64,000 nucleotides of DNA from assembly GCA_973895155.1 (NCBI GenBank), contig OZ316893.1, positions 24,355,520 to 24,419,519 of the forward strand, written 5' to 3'. The notes below the pieces were generated by a model, which ran no database searches, was not told the DNA's origin, and worked only from the letters and a program-made list of their open reading frames with translations. Both the position numbers and the translations under genes were made by a program. Source of the DNA: Marsupella aquatica (lineage: Eukaryota; Plantae; Marchantiophyta). Of the stretch, positions 14,001 through 26,600 are shown piece after piece. The stretch's first letter is position 1. Each line of letters opens with the position of its first letter.

Positions 14001-15456
14001 TCAATTGCTTCTCCTGGACCCTCCAATTTGTGTTTCAGTATGCCAGTAAAGGCATCCCAAATCATGACTACTCCATCTAGTCCTCCAGATGAAAGCAATA
14101 GTCCGTCCGAACTAAATGCTAGTGCTGCAATCGAATCCGTATGCCCTGCATGAAGAAACCCCCCCATCCAGTATGTCAGAGGTTAGAATAAGGGCAACAT
14201 GTCGACGGGCCAGTAGATTAACTACCTGCACAATTTGAGGATTTCATCTGAAGACTTCACAACCTTCTGTACCTCAGCCAATTAGGGTGCATTGCAGTGA
14301 AATTTCAGACGCTATCAAAAAGTAACATATGCAACTGTATGGCTGGAATTGCAATTTCGTGCCTAACAGGCTGTTAAAATCGCCTTAAACCTATACTGTA
14401 CCTTTCAACTCTTTTGGCTCAGTGCCCTCTCCAACTCTCCAGATAAAACCAATATCATCGCCACCGCCCGTGGCCACCAGCCCTGCATCAGTCGGGCTGC
14501 AAGCGACAGAATACACAGAATCTGATTTACACACAAAGAAATGTTAAGAATATGCTGTAGACTTCGCCATGAATTACAAGTTTACCACAGCTACAACTAC
14601 TCCTCACAATCAATGACAACAATTTTTTCCAGAGATATAGCTGAGCTAGACAGAACAGTAGCTCACCTGTGTGGCCCGAAAAAGTGTGATCTGAATCATC
14701 TTGTTCGTCCTCCCCTTCGAATTCTGGTTGACACAATAGCCTTCCTTAGCGAACACAGATGATCATGAAATGTCTGTCTGCTCGATCAGAGCCCACGAAA
14801 TGTCTGTCTGTTCGGTGAAAGCCCAAGCTTTAACCATCCAATTCATTTACTTAAGTGTTGCACACAATCTCATGGCTACAAAGAGAACGGTAACACCACG
14901 AGGTGCTTACAAAAAGGACCTCAGAACAGTAAGGCATAGCTCAAACGACGAAATTTGGGCATTTCGACAGTTTGTGGCAGTCATCTCACTTTTATCGACA
15001 AGGCGGCTCAACAAAATGCACAGTATGACACCAGAAAATCAAATTGCACACAATTCAGCTGCACGACTTCCAGAGATTCGCCTTAAACCCCACGAGAGGT
15101 GAACAACGGTGGACCAATGTAGGACCTAGAAACCTACCTGTCTCAAACGCTTCGTTCTCTCCAGTATCGTCATCTTCGTGGTCAGGGAGCTCTACAAATC
15201 ACAGACTCGTCAATACAGCTATATCACGCCGAATGCAGTCTTCTTCTACAAAAGTTGTTGACAATGTACAAATCTGCATAGACGACTGGGGACGGAGCGG
15301 AGCTCAAAGCTTGTCATTCTCAAAGGCAAAATACTGGGAATTCTGGAACCGATTGGAATAGGAGGAGCCAATAATAAAACCTTCTTCATCGATATCGATC
15401 TCCTCCACAACATCTTTGTTGTCGAGGAACACCCTGGCCCCTTCTTCGGATCCCAT
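11076..15456 (-). CDS. WD40-repeat protein, AAMP/Sqt1-like (uL16 chaperone family), ~12 exons
   Basis: Exon 1 15456-15381 (MGSEEGARVFLDNKDVVEEIDIDEE). Acidic exons 15191-15138 and 14723-14667. WD exons include 'SVYSVACSPTDAGLVATGGGDDIGFIW', 'GHTDSIAALAFSSDGLLLSSGGLDG', 'WVKWHPKGHLILAGSEDFTAWLWN', 'CTGGGDGSLRIWNPK', 'LAATGGMDGKVIIWD' and 'YSGCLDGKVRIWDSRTG'. Last exon 11148-11076 'DGRYIVTGSDDGTARAYDVQYSS*'. Boundaries are GT-AG. Confidence 0.85.
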
Positions 15457-16264
15457 TGAATGCTCGACCTTCTGTCTACCCTATTCCCGTTCTGCTGTCC
15501 ACCCTCTTTGCTCAACGATGTACACACTTCTCGCCTCAATGTTCTTCTCTTGTCGATGCTTTGGGCCAAACGCTGCACCTTGAATCGGCTGGTTTCGTCC
15601 AGGGCACCCTATGGGTTTAGGCTATTCCTAATGCCCTTGGGTGAATTTTCTCTTTGCAATTCTGAGGGCATTTTTGGATGAATTTCCTCTTTTCCAATTC
15701 TGAGGGCATTTTTGGACGAATTTCCTCTTTCCAAAAATGGAGAGTCAATATTTGGATCAGCTCATTATGTAAACTTTCTTCTCCTTTTACTAAAATCCAT
15801 GTTCATCCAAGGAATGTGTGTAATGAAGTGAAGTAGGTTTTTTGGAACAAATGAAATGAAGAGGTAAATTTTTTATTTATGCAAAATAGTTTTTTGATAT
15901 AATACCTTGATCTACCAATTTTGCAATCATATAGTATCCACCATTCACCTCACAACTCCAACTCAAAACTCAACTGAAAAGCTCCTCCGTTTCTTCGACG
16001 CAATGTGACAGAATAGTGGTACCTTGTTCACAATCATCTCCCGTTGGTATGTCTCTCATCGAAAGAGAGAGAATCAAGTATGAACCGTTACTTACTTACA
16101 TTATTTTAGAGGCACCTATCTAACTAATTACATAGTAAACAATTTAAAACTATTTGAAATGTAACTAATATGGTTACAGTGAAAAAATGACATCTCTTCA
16201 TTTGTATTCTGGTTATTTTACGCTTAATACTTATGGCATGGCGCCCCATAATTTACACAATATG

Positions 16265-16621
16265 TGTTAGATATTGCTCTAGTCTTGTGACTCATGAGCT
16301 AACCACAGTTAGTCTAACTCGGGTTAGGACTTAGCTAATGTTAGCGGTAGTGCTGGTGCACATATAGCTAGGGCTGATGCCAAACCCTGGTGAAACTTAG
16401 GCTCATTGTTACGGAACTAGTTGAGAGATAGGAAGAGCTTGTGCTGTGGATGTTTGGTATGGATGTTTGGTATGGCCGGTCGGCCTAGAGTGCAGTAAAG
16501 CTCTTGTGTGTTCCTGTGGACGTAGCCTCATGTGAAAGTGAACCACGTATCTCTCTGTGTCGACTATTGTGCGTTGGATGATTCATGGGCTTGTTGTTAC
16601 GAATGTCGTCTATGCTCAACA
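16265..16621 (+). mobile_element. Solo LTR of the Ty1/copia family found at 46111-50240
   Basis: Ends are TGTTAG...CAACA. A 5-bp TSD ATATG flanks both sides (16260-16264 and 16622-16626). It is colinear and highly similar to the reverse complement of 46111-46454, with an extra ~13-bp internal duplication (tggatgtttggta). Confidence 0.93.
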
Positions 16622-17420
16622 ATATGAACACAAACATGACCAAGACCTTTCTGTTTTCCAGAAAATCTGCTCTGTCCTATTTGTCACCATCCTCATTGAT
16701 GTGGTGTATCCTTGTGCTAGAGAATTTGCAAGGGACCCCTAATGGGGGTCTGTAATTAGTAAAAATAAAAATTTCTTTAGACTTTAAGTGTATTTAAGTA
16801 CTGCTAAGGACCAAATGGGATATCATGTGGACTGTATATAAGGTAGATCTGCATAGTGGGGAGACTGTATATTTGGAGGCTTTCATCCATTCACGGATTA
16901 CCTCATATCTTTAGCTGTTCATTAAGCTTGTCAAACACTCGTATCCCAAACAGCTATGCTACAGGCAAAATTGATTGGCTACATACAATATAAAATATGT
17001 TCTATTTTTCATGAGATGTAACCCTGTGGAAAAAGGGCCTACATTTCAATTTTGGAGTGATCCAAATCATGAAAGTAACCCCAGAAGTCTTGAAATGTAT
17101 CTACATAATAATGCTCAGTCTATAATCATGAAGACTAGTGTTATGTAGATGGTAAGCAGACCTCAAGAGTCTGTCATGATACATCAGGAACCGTCTCTTT
17201 TAGATCTTATGTTAGGGAAAAAGTGCTGAGGGGCAACGTGGCAAAACCCCTGGTTTATACTTTGAGTCTGGTCCACCTTCTCCTCAAGTAAATAAATTGT
17301 GAAAGCAATTTTCCGATCTCCTTCTGCCCTTGAAGTAGAGAATCTAGTTACGAATTCAAGTAAGTTAAGATTATTTAAGGATTCATTAACTGTATGGGAC
17401 CTCACTGCATACTCTTGTTA

Positions 17421-17718
17421 TCCCACGGTAAGATAGTTCTGGCAGACTGTTTTTGCAAAGAAAAGAAAGGTCGCGATGTGCCTAATGAATCCATTTTGCC
17501 CCTTAGTTTAATACTGGCATGTCAGCGTTTGAATTTATGTCTCAATGCATACATGTTGAATTACATGTTGAATTCTAATCCCACGGTAAGATAGTTCTGG
17601 CAGACTGTTTTTGCAAAGAAAAGAAAGGTCCTGATGTGCCTAATGAATCCATTTTGCCCCTTAGTTTAATACTGACACGTCAGCGTTTGAATTTATGTCT
17701 CAATGCATACATGTTGAA
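17421..17718. repeat. ~159-bp near-perfect tandem duplication downstream of PsbS
   Basis: tcccacggtaagatagttctggcagactg...gtctcaatgcatacatgttgaa x2. Confidence 0.9.
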
Positions 17719-18229
17719 CGAACAATCACTGCTTCTGGTCGAGTCCTGGACTATCAGAATTGACTGAATGCAAACAAGTGCAACTTCTCCATTAGTCATG
17801 TCCTATCAGAAGTGACTGAATGAGGTCAGCTTTGATTTTACGTCAAAGTATTTCTACTGTTACAAAATAGTATTCATGATCAGGTGGCATATAAAGATGA
17901 CCTTTCTCTGCACGAGCATTTCTCGCAGAGCTTCTAATTCTCATGAACTACACTTTTTATAGTGACCCCAGCCAAAACACAATGGAGGATCAGTGTCTCG
18001 ACGGATCCAGTCTCTGACGCTAGAGCTCCTTACCAAGTCCCATCCTGGTGGTAGAATAGTGAGTTACACAACTCGACTCAGTTTCTAGGAGAACAGGTAT
18101 GCCTTCCATCCCATCACTTGCAAACTAGGGTGCACAATAATTTCGACGAATACAATATCTACAGTCCACAGTGTTCCTCAAAGTAATGTAATATACCGAC
18201 AAACTAAGCATATATCAGTCACTCTATGT

Positions 18230-19856
18230 CTACTTTTCATCTTCGTCATTGATGAACTTCCCAGTACCAGGGTTGATAGCGGCGATGAAGAAGAAGATCA
18301 CTTGGAACAGGATTATGGGCTCAATCTCGGTGATTGGTACACCCGTTTCAAAGTTAAGTTGGGCAAGAGTTCCCTTTCCAGTGATAATCTCGCCGATGAT
18401 GGAGAATGCAATTCCAAGTTGTGCCAGACGTCCAACAAACAATTCGTTGGCCTTCGTGAAACCGAAGGGGGTCTGCAGTGGACCTGCAACGAGGGCGAAG
18501 ATGAACGTATGTAAGAATCACTTTCTTCATCAGAACGCATTGGACAAGAAATAAAACATCAGCATCGAAACAGCAGAGGTGAGACGACCAGGGGAAGCTG
18601 GTCTCTACCTTTCTCTTGTAGTCCAAGAGCTGATTTGAGGTTTTTCCCGGGTGGGATCACCGCTCCGGTAGTGGGCTCATCAACAAATTTCCCTCGGTCA
18701 CCCAAAGCACCTATGGCTCCGAGAAGAGTGAAGAGAATGAAGAATATAAGAAGGGGCTCCGTTTCGTAGAGAGGAATTCCCGTCTCAATATCAAATTGGA
18801 CAAGGGTACCCTTACCAGTGAGAGCCTCACCGAGAATAGAAGCCTGCAGCACAACAAAGTACTGCAATAATTAGCACCGTCCGTGAGTTGATACTAGTGA
18901 GTGGCTCAAGAACGTTGCATTAGGAGGATCACAGTACAATAGGCAGCTGGCTACAACTGTAGATCAACACTGAATGTTGGCCCTGAGCTCTCCAAGCGGA
19001 AAGAAAGAGAGGTTAGTCCTTACAGCGAATCCAAGCATAGCAACACGTCCAACGAATAGCTCATTTTGCTTCGTGAACCCGATTCCTCCTGAAGTTCCAA
19101 AGATGCCGTCCTCTGTGCTGCTGGACTTCTGCACAAGATCATTGAAAACGAAGTCCGATCTTAGTTGCAACATTTCCTTCTCACCTAACAGATTCCAGAA
19201 TCTCTTCCAAGAAAATGCCGCTCCATAGAAACCATAGACATGCGTAATTCTCTAGCGACTACCAGACTACAAGGAAGGCTAGGCAGCCCGTGAGAATCTG
19301 TCCACCCTCAGCTCCACATCTTCCATAAACCACAACAAGCTCACTCCCACACAATGGACTAGACATATGGCACTCCCATAAAGTTCGAGATATTTGACGT
19401 CAGAGGATTGAAGAAGGCAGAGATGTAAAATTTCCATATCTACTGTTTGAGTACACACCAACCCCTGTTTCCGATCTGAAATGCGGGTTCAAAACAACAG
19501 ATCTTCTGGAACCCGGGTCTGCCGCTTATACAGGAGACTGTGAGTTAGTCAAACACATGAGAGTGTTCTTCCAATCCTCAAGGTTAATGTGGTGGCAAAA
19601 ATCGACTGCGAACCTTCTTTGCTGCTGGCACCTTCTTCGGTTCAGGCTTGGAGAAGAGAGCCAAAGCCTTTCCCGGACTCCCAGTAGCGCGGAGATGAAT
19701 CCCTCCAGCTTCTGGCAAAGAGAAACTCCGAAGGCTGGCCGTCGCCGTCTGGCACCCACTGAAGAATTCACGCCCCTTCTTCAGGCCAGCAACAGCCTCA
19801 TGCTTGCAAAGCTCGGCGCCAGTCGACAGCCTCGACAACAGCATTGTTTGAGCCAT
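18230..19856 (-). CDS. psbS: Photosystem II 22-kDa protein PsbS (NPQ4), 4 exons: 19856-19614, 19128-19024, 18843-18609, 18483-18230; ~278 aa including transit peptide
   Basis: MAQTMLL transit peptide; 'EDGIFGTSGGIGFTKQNELFVGRVAMLGFA', 'ASILGEALTGKGTLVQFDIETGIP' and 'GFTKANELFVGRLAQLGIAFSIIGEIITGKG'. GT-AG boundaries join in frame. Confidence 0.97.
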
Positions 19857-20581
19857 CACAAATGAAAATGAATGAAATCAGAACTCAACTCAATGCGGCG
19901 GCACTCAACAAATGAGTGTTTGTTGAAGCTGCTGAATGTCAATCAATCGAACGCCAAAGAAAAGAAGTGGTGAATTGAACTGGAGCTGGAACACTTCGTG
20001 ATATGGGGAAGATCAGATGGCTAATTAAACGATTCGGCCGTTGGCGACTGCACTGACATCGCTGCAATTGCAATTCCAGCGAAGGCATTGATCGAGGGGT
20101 GGTGGAGGAGCGAGAGGCGGGTTCGTTTCAAAGATTGTAGGGCCGCAGAGAGCCCACAGAAGACGAAGGGCCCGGAGCACGGCGCCGGGCCTGGCGAAGG
20201 GCTTCTCCGAACCAATCTCTTAGAGCCATGGCTGGCCCGAGCCTGTACCGAGGCTGGCGTATCCTGCGCCAGTTGTGCCCTTTAAGGCTGGGCCGCGTGG
20301 TCACTTCCGTGCTGCCGGACAGGGCACTTACCGGGCCCACGGCGGCGACGATTCCCGTAGATTTTGGTCGTATGGAGGGCTTCCCAGCCGTTCGGATCGC
20401 CGGATCTGGTCGACGGCGAACAGCAGCCCCTGGTTTCATATCGTCCTTCTGAATCAGATTTGGCAGTGGAGACATGAGCGGCCAGAAAACCTTTACACTG
20501 GCGATTTTTTTGGTTTGTGGGTTTATTCAATAAGGGGTGCATGAACTTGGGCCAGCCGGTAGTGGGTAGGGGGGGGGGCCT

Positions 20582-21610
20582 GGACGTCGAGTTTATGCCG
20601 GGTTGACCAGAGTTTGGATTATCCGACCGCAGTCAAAGCAATAACTCCATGCAAATACTTTCCCATTTTGGCAGTAGCGATACTCGGACACACTTACTTT
20701 TCAATATCGGGACATCCCCACCCTTAAATCCCTCCTGCATTTTTTTCCCTCATATGTGCGTAAAAGGAACGGCCTAAAGTGCAAGTGGCATACACTAAAA
20801 GGATGAGATTTTTGTTGTGTAAAACTGAACTGAATGATTCAAAAAAATTCACTCGGGGTTTATGTTTGGTAACTCATACTTAGTTGGGCATAACAGCTCT
20901 AACCCCCTCGGACTTAGTGTCCTCTGGGATTACATCTCATTAGCCCCTCTTGGGGATGGGTTTCCCCAGGCACATGTAAAACTCTTCTGGATTTTTATCT
21001 TTGTGTTTTCGCAAGTGGTTATAATGAATTACCCCCTGTTGGGCCCACAGAGCCCCTGGGCCAGCGTGGCCTGGGGATTCTGAAATTTGAAAATGCATTT
21101 TTAACTTTTACATGGTAAGCAAAGATTTTAAGCCCTGGCGGCAGATTGCCAAAGTGAGAAAAACATTTCAAACATTCTCAAGAGGTTTACGCTCGGTAAC
21201 CCATCCCCACTTGGAGTAATGGGCTGTAACCCCTCGGATTGACCGCCCTCCAGGATTTCATGCCATTGCCCCCTCTTAAGGATGGGTTATCCTACACAAA
21301 ATGGGATCAGCCAGGTTTGAGACACTATGCGCGAGGGTGGGGCGGGAGGAAGGTCGCGAGAACTTTTGAGGAGCCACACAGCTGTCATTTTAGAAGCTCA
21401 GGGTAGAGATGGGCAGCGCAAGTCAGGAGAGAGATGGCAAATAGACGTCGAGTTTATGCCTGGATAACTCGCAAGTGGATCTTCCGGCTGCTCTCCCATT
21501 TTGGCCGTCCAGACACTTGTTATGGACATACTTTTCAGTCTCAGGACCTCCCCCCCCCAAAAAAAAACAAAAAAAACCAAAAACAGGGATCACCCAGGTT
21601 TGAGACCCCC
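20582..21610. repeat. Cluster of dispersed, diverged repeat fragments (probable non-autonomous TE remnants)
   Basis: 'gacgtcgagtttatgcc...cccattttggc...acttttca' occurs at ~20583-20725 and ~21444-21558. 'taacccc(c)tcgga...cccctctt..ggatgggtt' occurs at ~20900-20965 and ~21227-21290. 'ggtttgagac'-like motifs occur at ~21315, ~21597 and ~22151. Confidence 0.5.
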
Positions 21611-23610
21611 TAACTAATCGTGCACTTAGTGCAGCACTTCCAAAAACTATATTTTAAATTTATTACAACTGATGGTCTGCATGGGTGAAACTGTGGCCTC
21701 TCGTGATAAAGATGGTTAGTGTCTTAGTGACTATTTTGGGGGCTGTGTGGATAGCGTTCATCAGTCTGTAGCGCTGGCTACTTCTAGGGGTAGTTGTCAA
21801 GGACTGTGGTTCAGTACAGTCAGCAATGAATAGTAGGACCCTCACTGACGTTATGGATGAGAGCAGGGAAATTCATTTATTGTTGCTGCACAATTTATAG
21901 AATAGATTAGGTGTCTCGAAGCTTCATAGTTGCAGATGATGATGGTTGTTGGTCATAAACAAATGACCCTATTCTTTTCATAGGGTTACATTCAAGGTTT
22001 TTTTGGTTTTCCACTAATCTCTACAGTGACTTATGGTCATGGTATATGCCCAATCTTTATGACAAAAAGTTATGGAATACAAATTTGGTAGTCTATAACT
22101 TTTTTCTCTCCCTAACCTTAACTTAGTAGATAAGATCCATCATATTTTGAGGTTTGAGACCCCTGCTGTCCCTACACTTTGCTGCCCATCTGGATACAGA
22201 AATCTAGTTTCAATTTGGACTGGTGCCTTTGGTGCCCATGTGGCTACTGAAATTCCCCTCTAATGACCATCGACCTCATTTGACCCATCTGCCGGACATA
22301 GTGCTTGAATTATTTTAACTGATGAAATGTCTCCCGTACAAGATTTCTATTTTCTCCTGAATTTGGATTGCTCTCGCTGATCTACTATTCCCAACTTATA
22401 GTAAATGACTAGGTTGTGCTGCATAGAATCGTAATTTCTGAATCTCTAAAGTGCAATTATGTTAGTGGGTATTGGCTACTTTGCCCCTTGATGTGGTAAC
22501 CTGGTTCAACTCTTTCACACACAAACTAGGCAAAAGCATAATCAATTGGTCATGGTAACTGCACATCAAAAAGCTACAGCCAGATCCATCCAAGACCAAC
22601 ACTCAATGATATGAAAGAACAATCATATATATCATGGTATGAAAAGTGCATTTTACTATAACATACAAGGAACAACACTCAATAACATAAACAAACAAAT
22701 ATATATATCATGGTATGAACAATACATTCAACCATGATATATAAGAATCCTATTTATCATGGTATGGAAAATCCATTCAAATGGTGGGCACTTGACATTC
22801 CTGTATTGGTTTTTTATGGCTTAATCAAACCGGCAAGCTAAACAATTTGTTGCATCATTTCCTCAAAGAATGGGATCCAGTTTTATTTCCACTGTTGCGG
22901 GCGACTGCAAATCCCATTAGTCTGGTCATTGTCACTGGCACAGGTAAAAACTTCAACAATATTTGTTTCAACTGTCAACAGAAGCGTCGAGAAATTGATA
23001 GATAATTTCTACCATGACGGAACAAGTACAAAGGAGGCAAGACTTACAATTCATCAGAGGACACCCATAAAATATGTACAACGATGAACATATACTCTTT
23101 ATGAAAACAATGAGAGCATTTCCAAACCCACTACATTGAAAGGAAATTGGCCTGTAGCAATGCCAGAACCATTCAATTTCCTGGTGCTGGCAACATTCCC
23201 TTCGACATGATAAGGTTGAACAATCATTGGAATTCTTGAGATAGTATCTGCAAAACACAATACATGTCATGAAGGCTTTAGCCTGTGCTAGGATCCCTTG
23301 TGAAACTAGACAAGGAGATCCAAATGATTGATTAACGAGCACTCGAACAATAGTGGAAGTAAGATCCACAAAGCATTCAGTAGGATAGAATGCTTTTATT
23401 TGACGGGCTCATCTGTTCCCACTTATTCATTACACATATTTTCGAGCTATTCACAGGAATCTGCTTTTACTACGAACCAAGTGGGGAAACAAATTGTGTC
23501 AATTGGTATTCAGACCTTCTGCCAGGTGAGACAATTGTGCGAATGGCATGCAGTAGGACAGCTGATCTAACAGCGTCGATCTTGAGTTGGCTGAAGGAGA
23601 GGCTTTACAA

Positions 23611-26600
23611 TCAAGTTGGATTGGGTTGGGTGATGGGAGCATCAACAGTAAATGGGAGACTGGTTTGAATAGGTATCTGAGCCAGAATTTGGGTCTTGAT
23701 GTATTCAAGCTGCTGCTCAATATCTTTGAAGATGAAAATATTTTGTGCAGATTGAGGCCTCAAGCTCTCCAATGCAGTGTCCAAGGTGAGTGCCACCTCA
23801 GGGGCAGGAAATTGCCGCTCCGTCAGAGACTGCACAGTACAGACACCATATTTAAAAGAATAAGTGAGAGGTAAACCAGATCTGAAAGTTGCACACAAGA
23901 GATCAGAACTGACCAAGTGGTCGGGGATGACCCACATGAATATACCCGTGTATGGACCCAGAGGACTAATTTAAATTCAGTCAAACTGTTACCTGCACCA
24001 TCAACAATGTCGCCACACAGGAAGCCATGAGCTCTGATAAAATCATTGGCTCCTGTCCATCCCCGCGAGAAACCAGATCGACAGGCTCAGGTTTCGCTGT
24101 ATCTTCAACCTTTGGAGTGGGAGTATCGCCTGCTTGTGCTTTATGGGCCTCAGTTGATTTATCGATTTCCCCATTTGCATCTACTGCCAATGGCTGAGAA
24201 GCTGAGGCCGTGGCAGTCAAGGACATCCCTGACCCATAACCTTGGGTGCAAGAGGTAGTACCAGAAATAATTTTCCCTTCAAGTGATGGATTTCCTTTTG
24301 CTAACAGATCCAATGCACCTCCTATCTTTACGTTAGGGTCCTCTCCCTCTTCAAGATTAGACATGCTCTGTGGAAATAATTGCATGAGTCAGAACCACAC
24401 TTTAAGCATATTTTCCGTCTACCAGATGCTGACACCCACCATGCCCAAACAACAGAGTAATTTACCTTGAAAAGATCCATTAGAATGTAAATGGAAAGAC
24501 TCTCTAGACGGCAGTCAAGGCATGCATCCAACAGCCCTTCTCAATTTTAGTCAAAAAAAAGAATCCCTGACTTGCCGATGGTGCATCCATCGCTCATACC
24601 TGGACAGCAACAGACACCATTGCTCTTGCATGTTTCCTTGACGTGGTAGCAATGTCTGCAATAGCCCTGTCTGTATCCAGTGCCCCTGGAAGGCTACCTT
24701 CAACAGGGCCAGTACCTCCATTGGCAGTAGTAACTTGAGATATTCCACGTTGCCAGGATGGAGTAGAAACATCCTGATACCTGTTCCGATTCCTTAAATG
24801 CTTTATCGCTTCCAAAACCTGAACCCAAGCAGAGAAGGCAAAAAACTATCACCTCGAGTATAATAAACATTCACCTTCAAAACATGGCATTTGAGCTTTT
24901 ATTGTGACTGTTGCAATGGAGATAATATCATAGTCGCGATGACGGCCCTCTCATTCAACGCGGAGCTGACGAGACGTTCTCAATCAGGTTATTTGGCAGA
25001 AACCACCTCTTTCTCGCGAGAGAGATGTCATTCAGTTGCCCACAAAATTCTTCACGAAAGTAGACACATTTAATGTCAGGAATTACAAAAATAAATTTAA
25101 AATGATATTGTAGCGATTTTGACCTCCTCATTGACAGCTTTCACTTGTAGTATAACTGATGAATACTGCCGTTGAAAGGATTCGGAATCTTTATGAGTTT
25201 GACTCTCAGCATTCATGCGACGTAGTTCTACCACGAAAGGCTCCTGCAACAGGAACAAATTCGAATGTTCAAAGACTAAACTCTTCAAATTACTTTTGAG
25301 CAAAACTAATACTCGGAACAAAAGAGCAACAGGTGAACCATTATCTCAGTTGGTTGACATGGTCTCGAGCTATACTTAGTAAGTAAGAACATTGCTGTCC
25401 TCAAATCAGGGACATAAATCAGTCAGACAATCACAGGGCGAACACAAGAAATGAAACAAGCTCAAACAAACCTAATTTATAATGTTCCAACAATATAAGC
25501 AGAATAAGATTAAGACTCAAGATATCTTCCAGACTGTAACCTCGCCACAGTAGCACTCAGTTCAGGGCAGACATGCTTCCGTATGTAAGACAAGATACTT
25601 AAGGGGTAAAGATAGATTGCTGACGGACCTACCTTATCCTTCCAAAAACACTAAAAATCCAATGTTAATGTAGGACATCTAACATGCACTTTCGACAGCT
25701 GGACTGCCAAACCCAGGACATCTGAGATACTGAAAACCTATTCCACCACGAGAATTCTGCAGGACTGGACATTTACTCGAGCGCCCTAAAAGGCCTTACA
25801 AGCCGACTGCAGTTACTCACCTTCTTACTAAGGGCAGCACCTAATTGAACTAGTGCTCGAATGTCACTCTCTCTTGCTTGTGACAGCCCCGGTGTGTAAG
25901 GTTGCGTTACTAGAGCTTGTTGAGTTGCGGCAATAGCCTCATTGGTCGCTGCTTTAGCAAACCGCACTGAATCGACAGTGTTTGCCTGCAGGCATGAACG
26001 AAGAGTGATTTTAGGATCGAGTACTAAACAGAGAACAATTCCCTTTTAATAGTGAAACGTCCGGTTCGGTATTCCATCACATGACAGAGGGAAATGACCC
26101 ACATATTGGCAACAGAGCAGATCCAGAACCTAGACAACAGTCAACTTACTGCATTTAAATTGCCATATACAGTCTATCTCAACTCAAGAGCCCTATGCAC
26201 CACACGTCCCAACAGTGCACCACAGCTAACTACTGTAATCAGACCGGAGAATTTCACAGCAATGAAAAACAGAAGAGCAGAACAGTTGAACTCTAGCAAG
26301 ACCAACCTGGGCAGTCTTGATCAGGTTGTTAAGAAATATTGGAGAAATGGCAGCTAACCCTGGCATTGATCCAGGCCTCTCCAATCTCTCATTCAATGCA
26401 GCCCTTGCTGCACCACCAGCACTGATTGCAATTCGAGACTTTAAGTCCAGTTTTGAGTCTTCCTGTGGCCGATCAACTGCATCTAGCAGAGTTCGCTTTC
26501 TCCGCATGATCTCAGGCATATTCTCCAGTGGATGTACGGGCATTGCATCAATGTCCTACCAAAAGAAGGAAGGCAAATAACAAATACCAACATCAGACTG

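Noticed and set aside
20021-20544. Overlapping GC-rich ORFs upstream of PsbS
   Set aside because: No recognisable domain. Open frames are expected in GC-rich promoter DNA.
22968-23369. 133-aa ORF downstream of ALY as an extra exon or gene
   Set aside because: The conserved ALY C-terminus and stop are already at 23611. No domain; likely 3' UTR.
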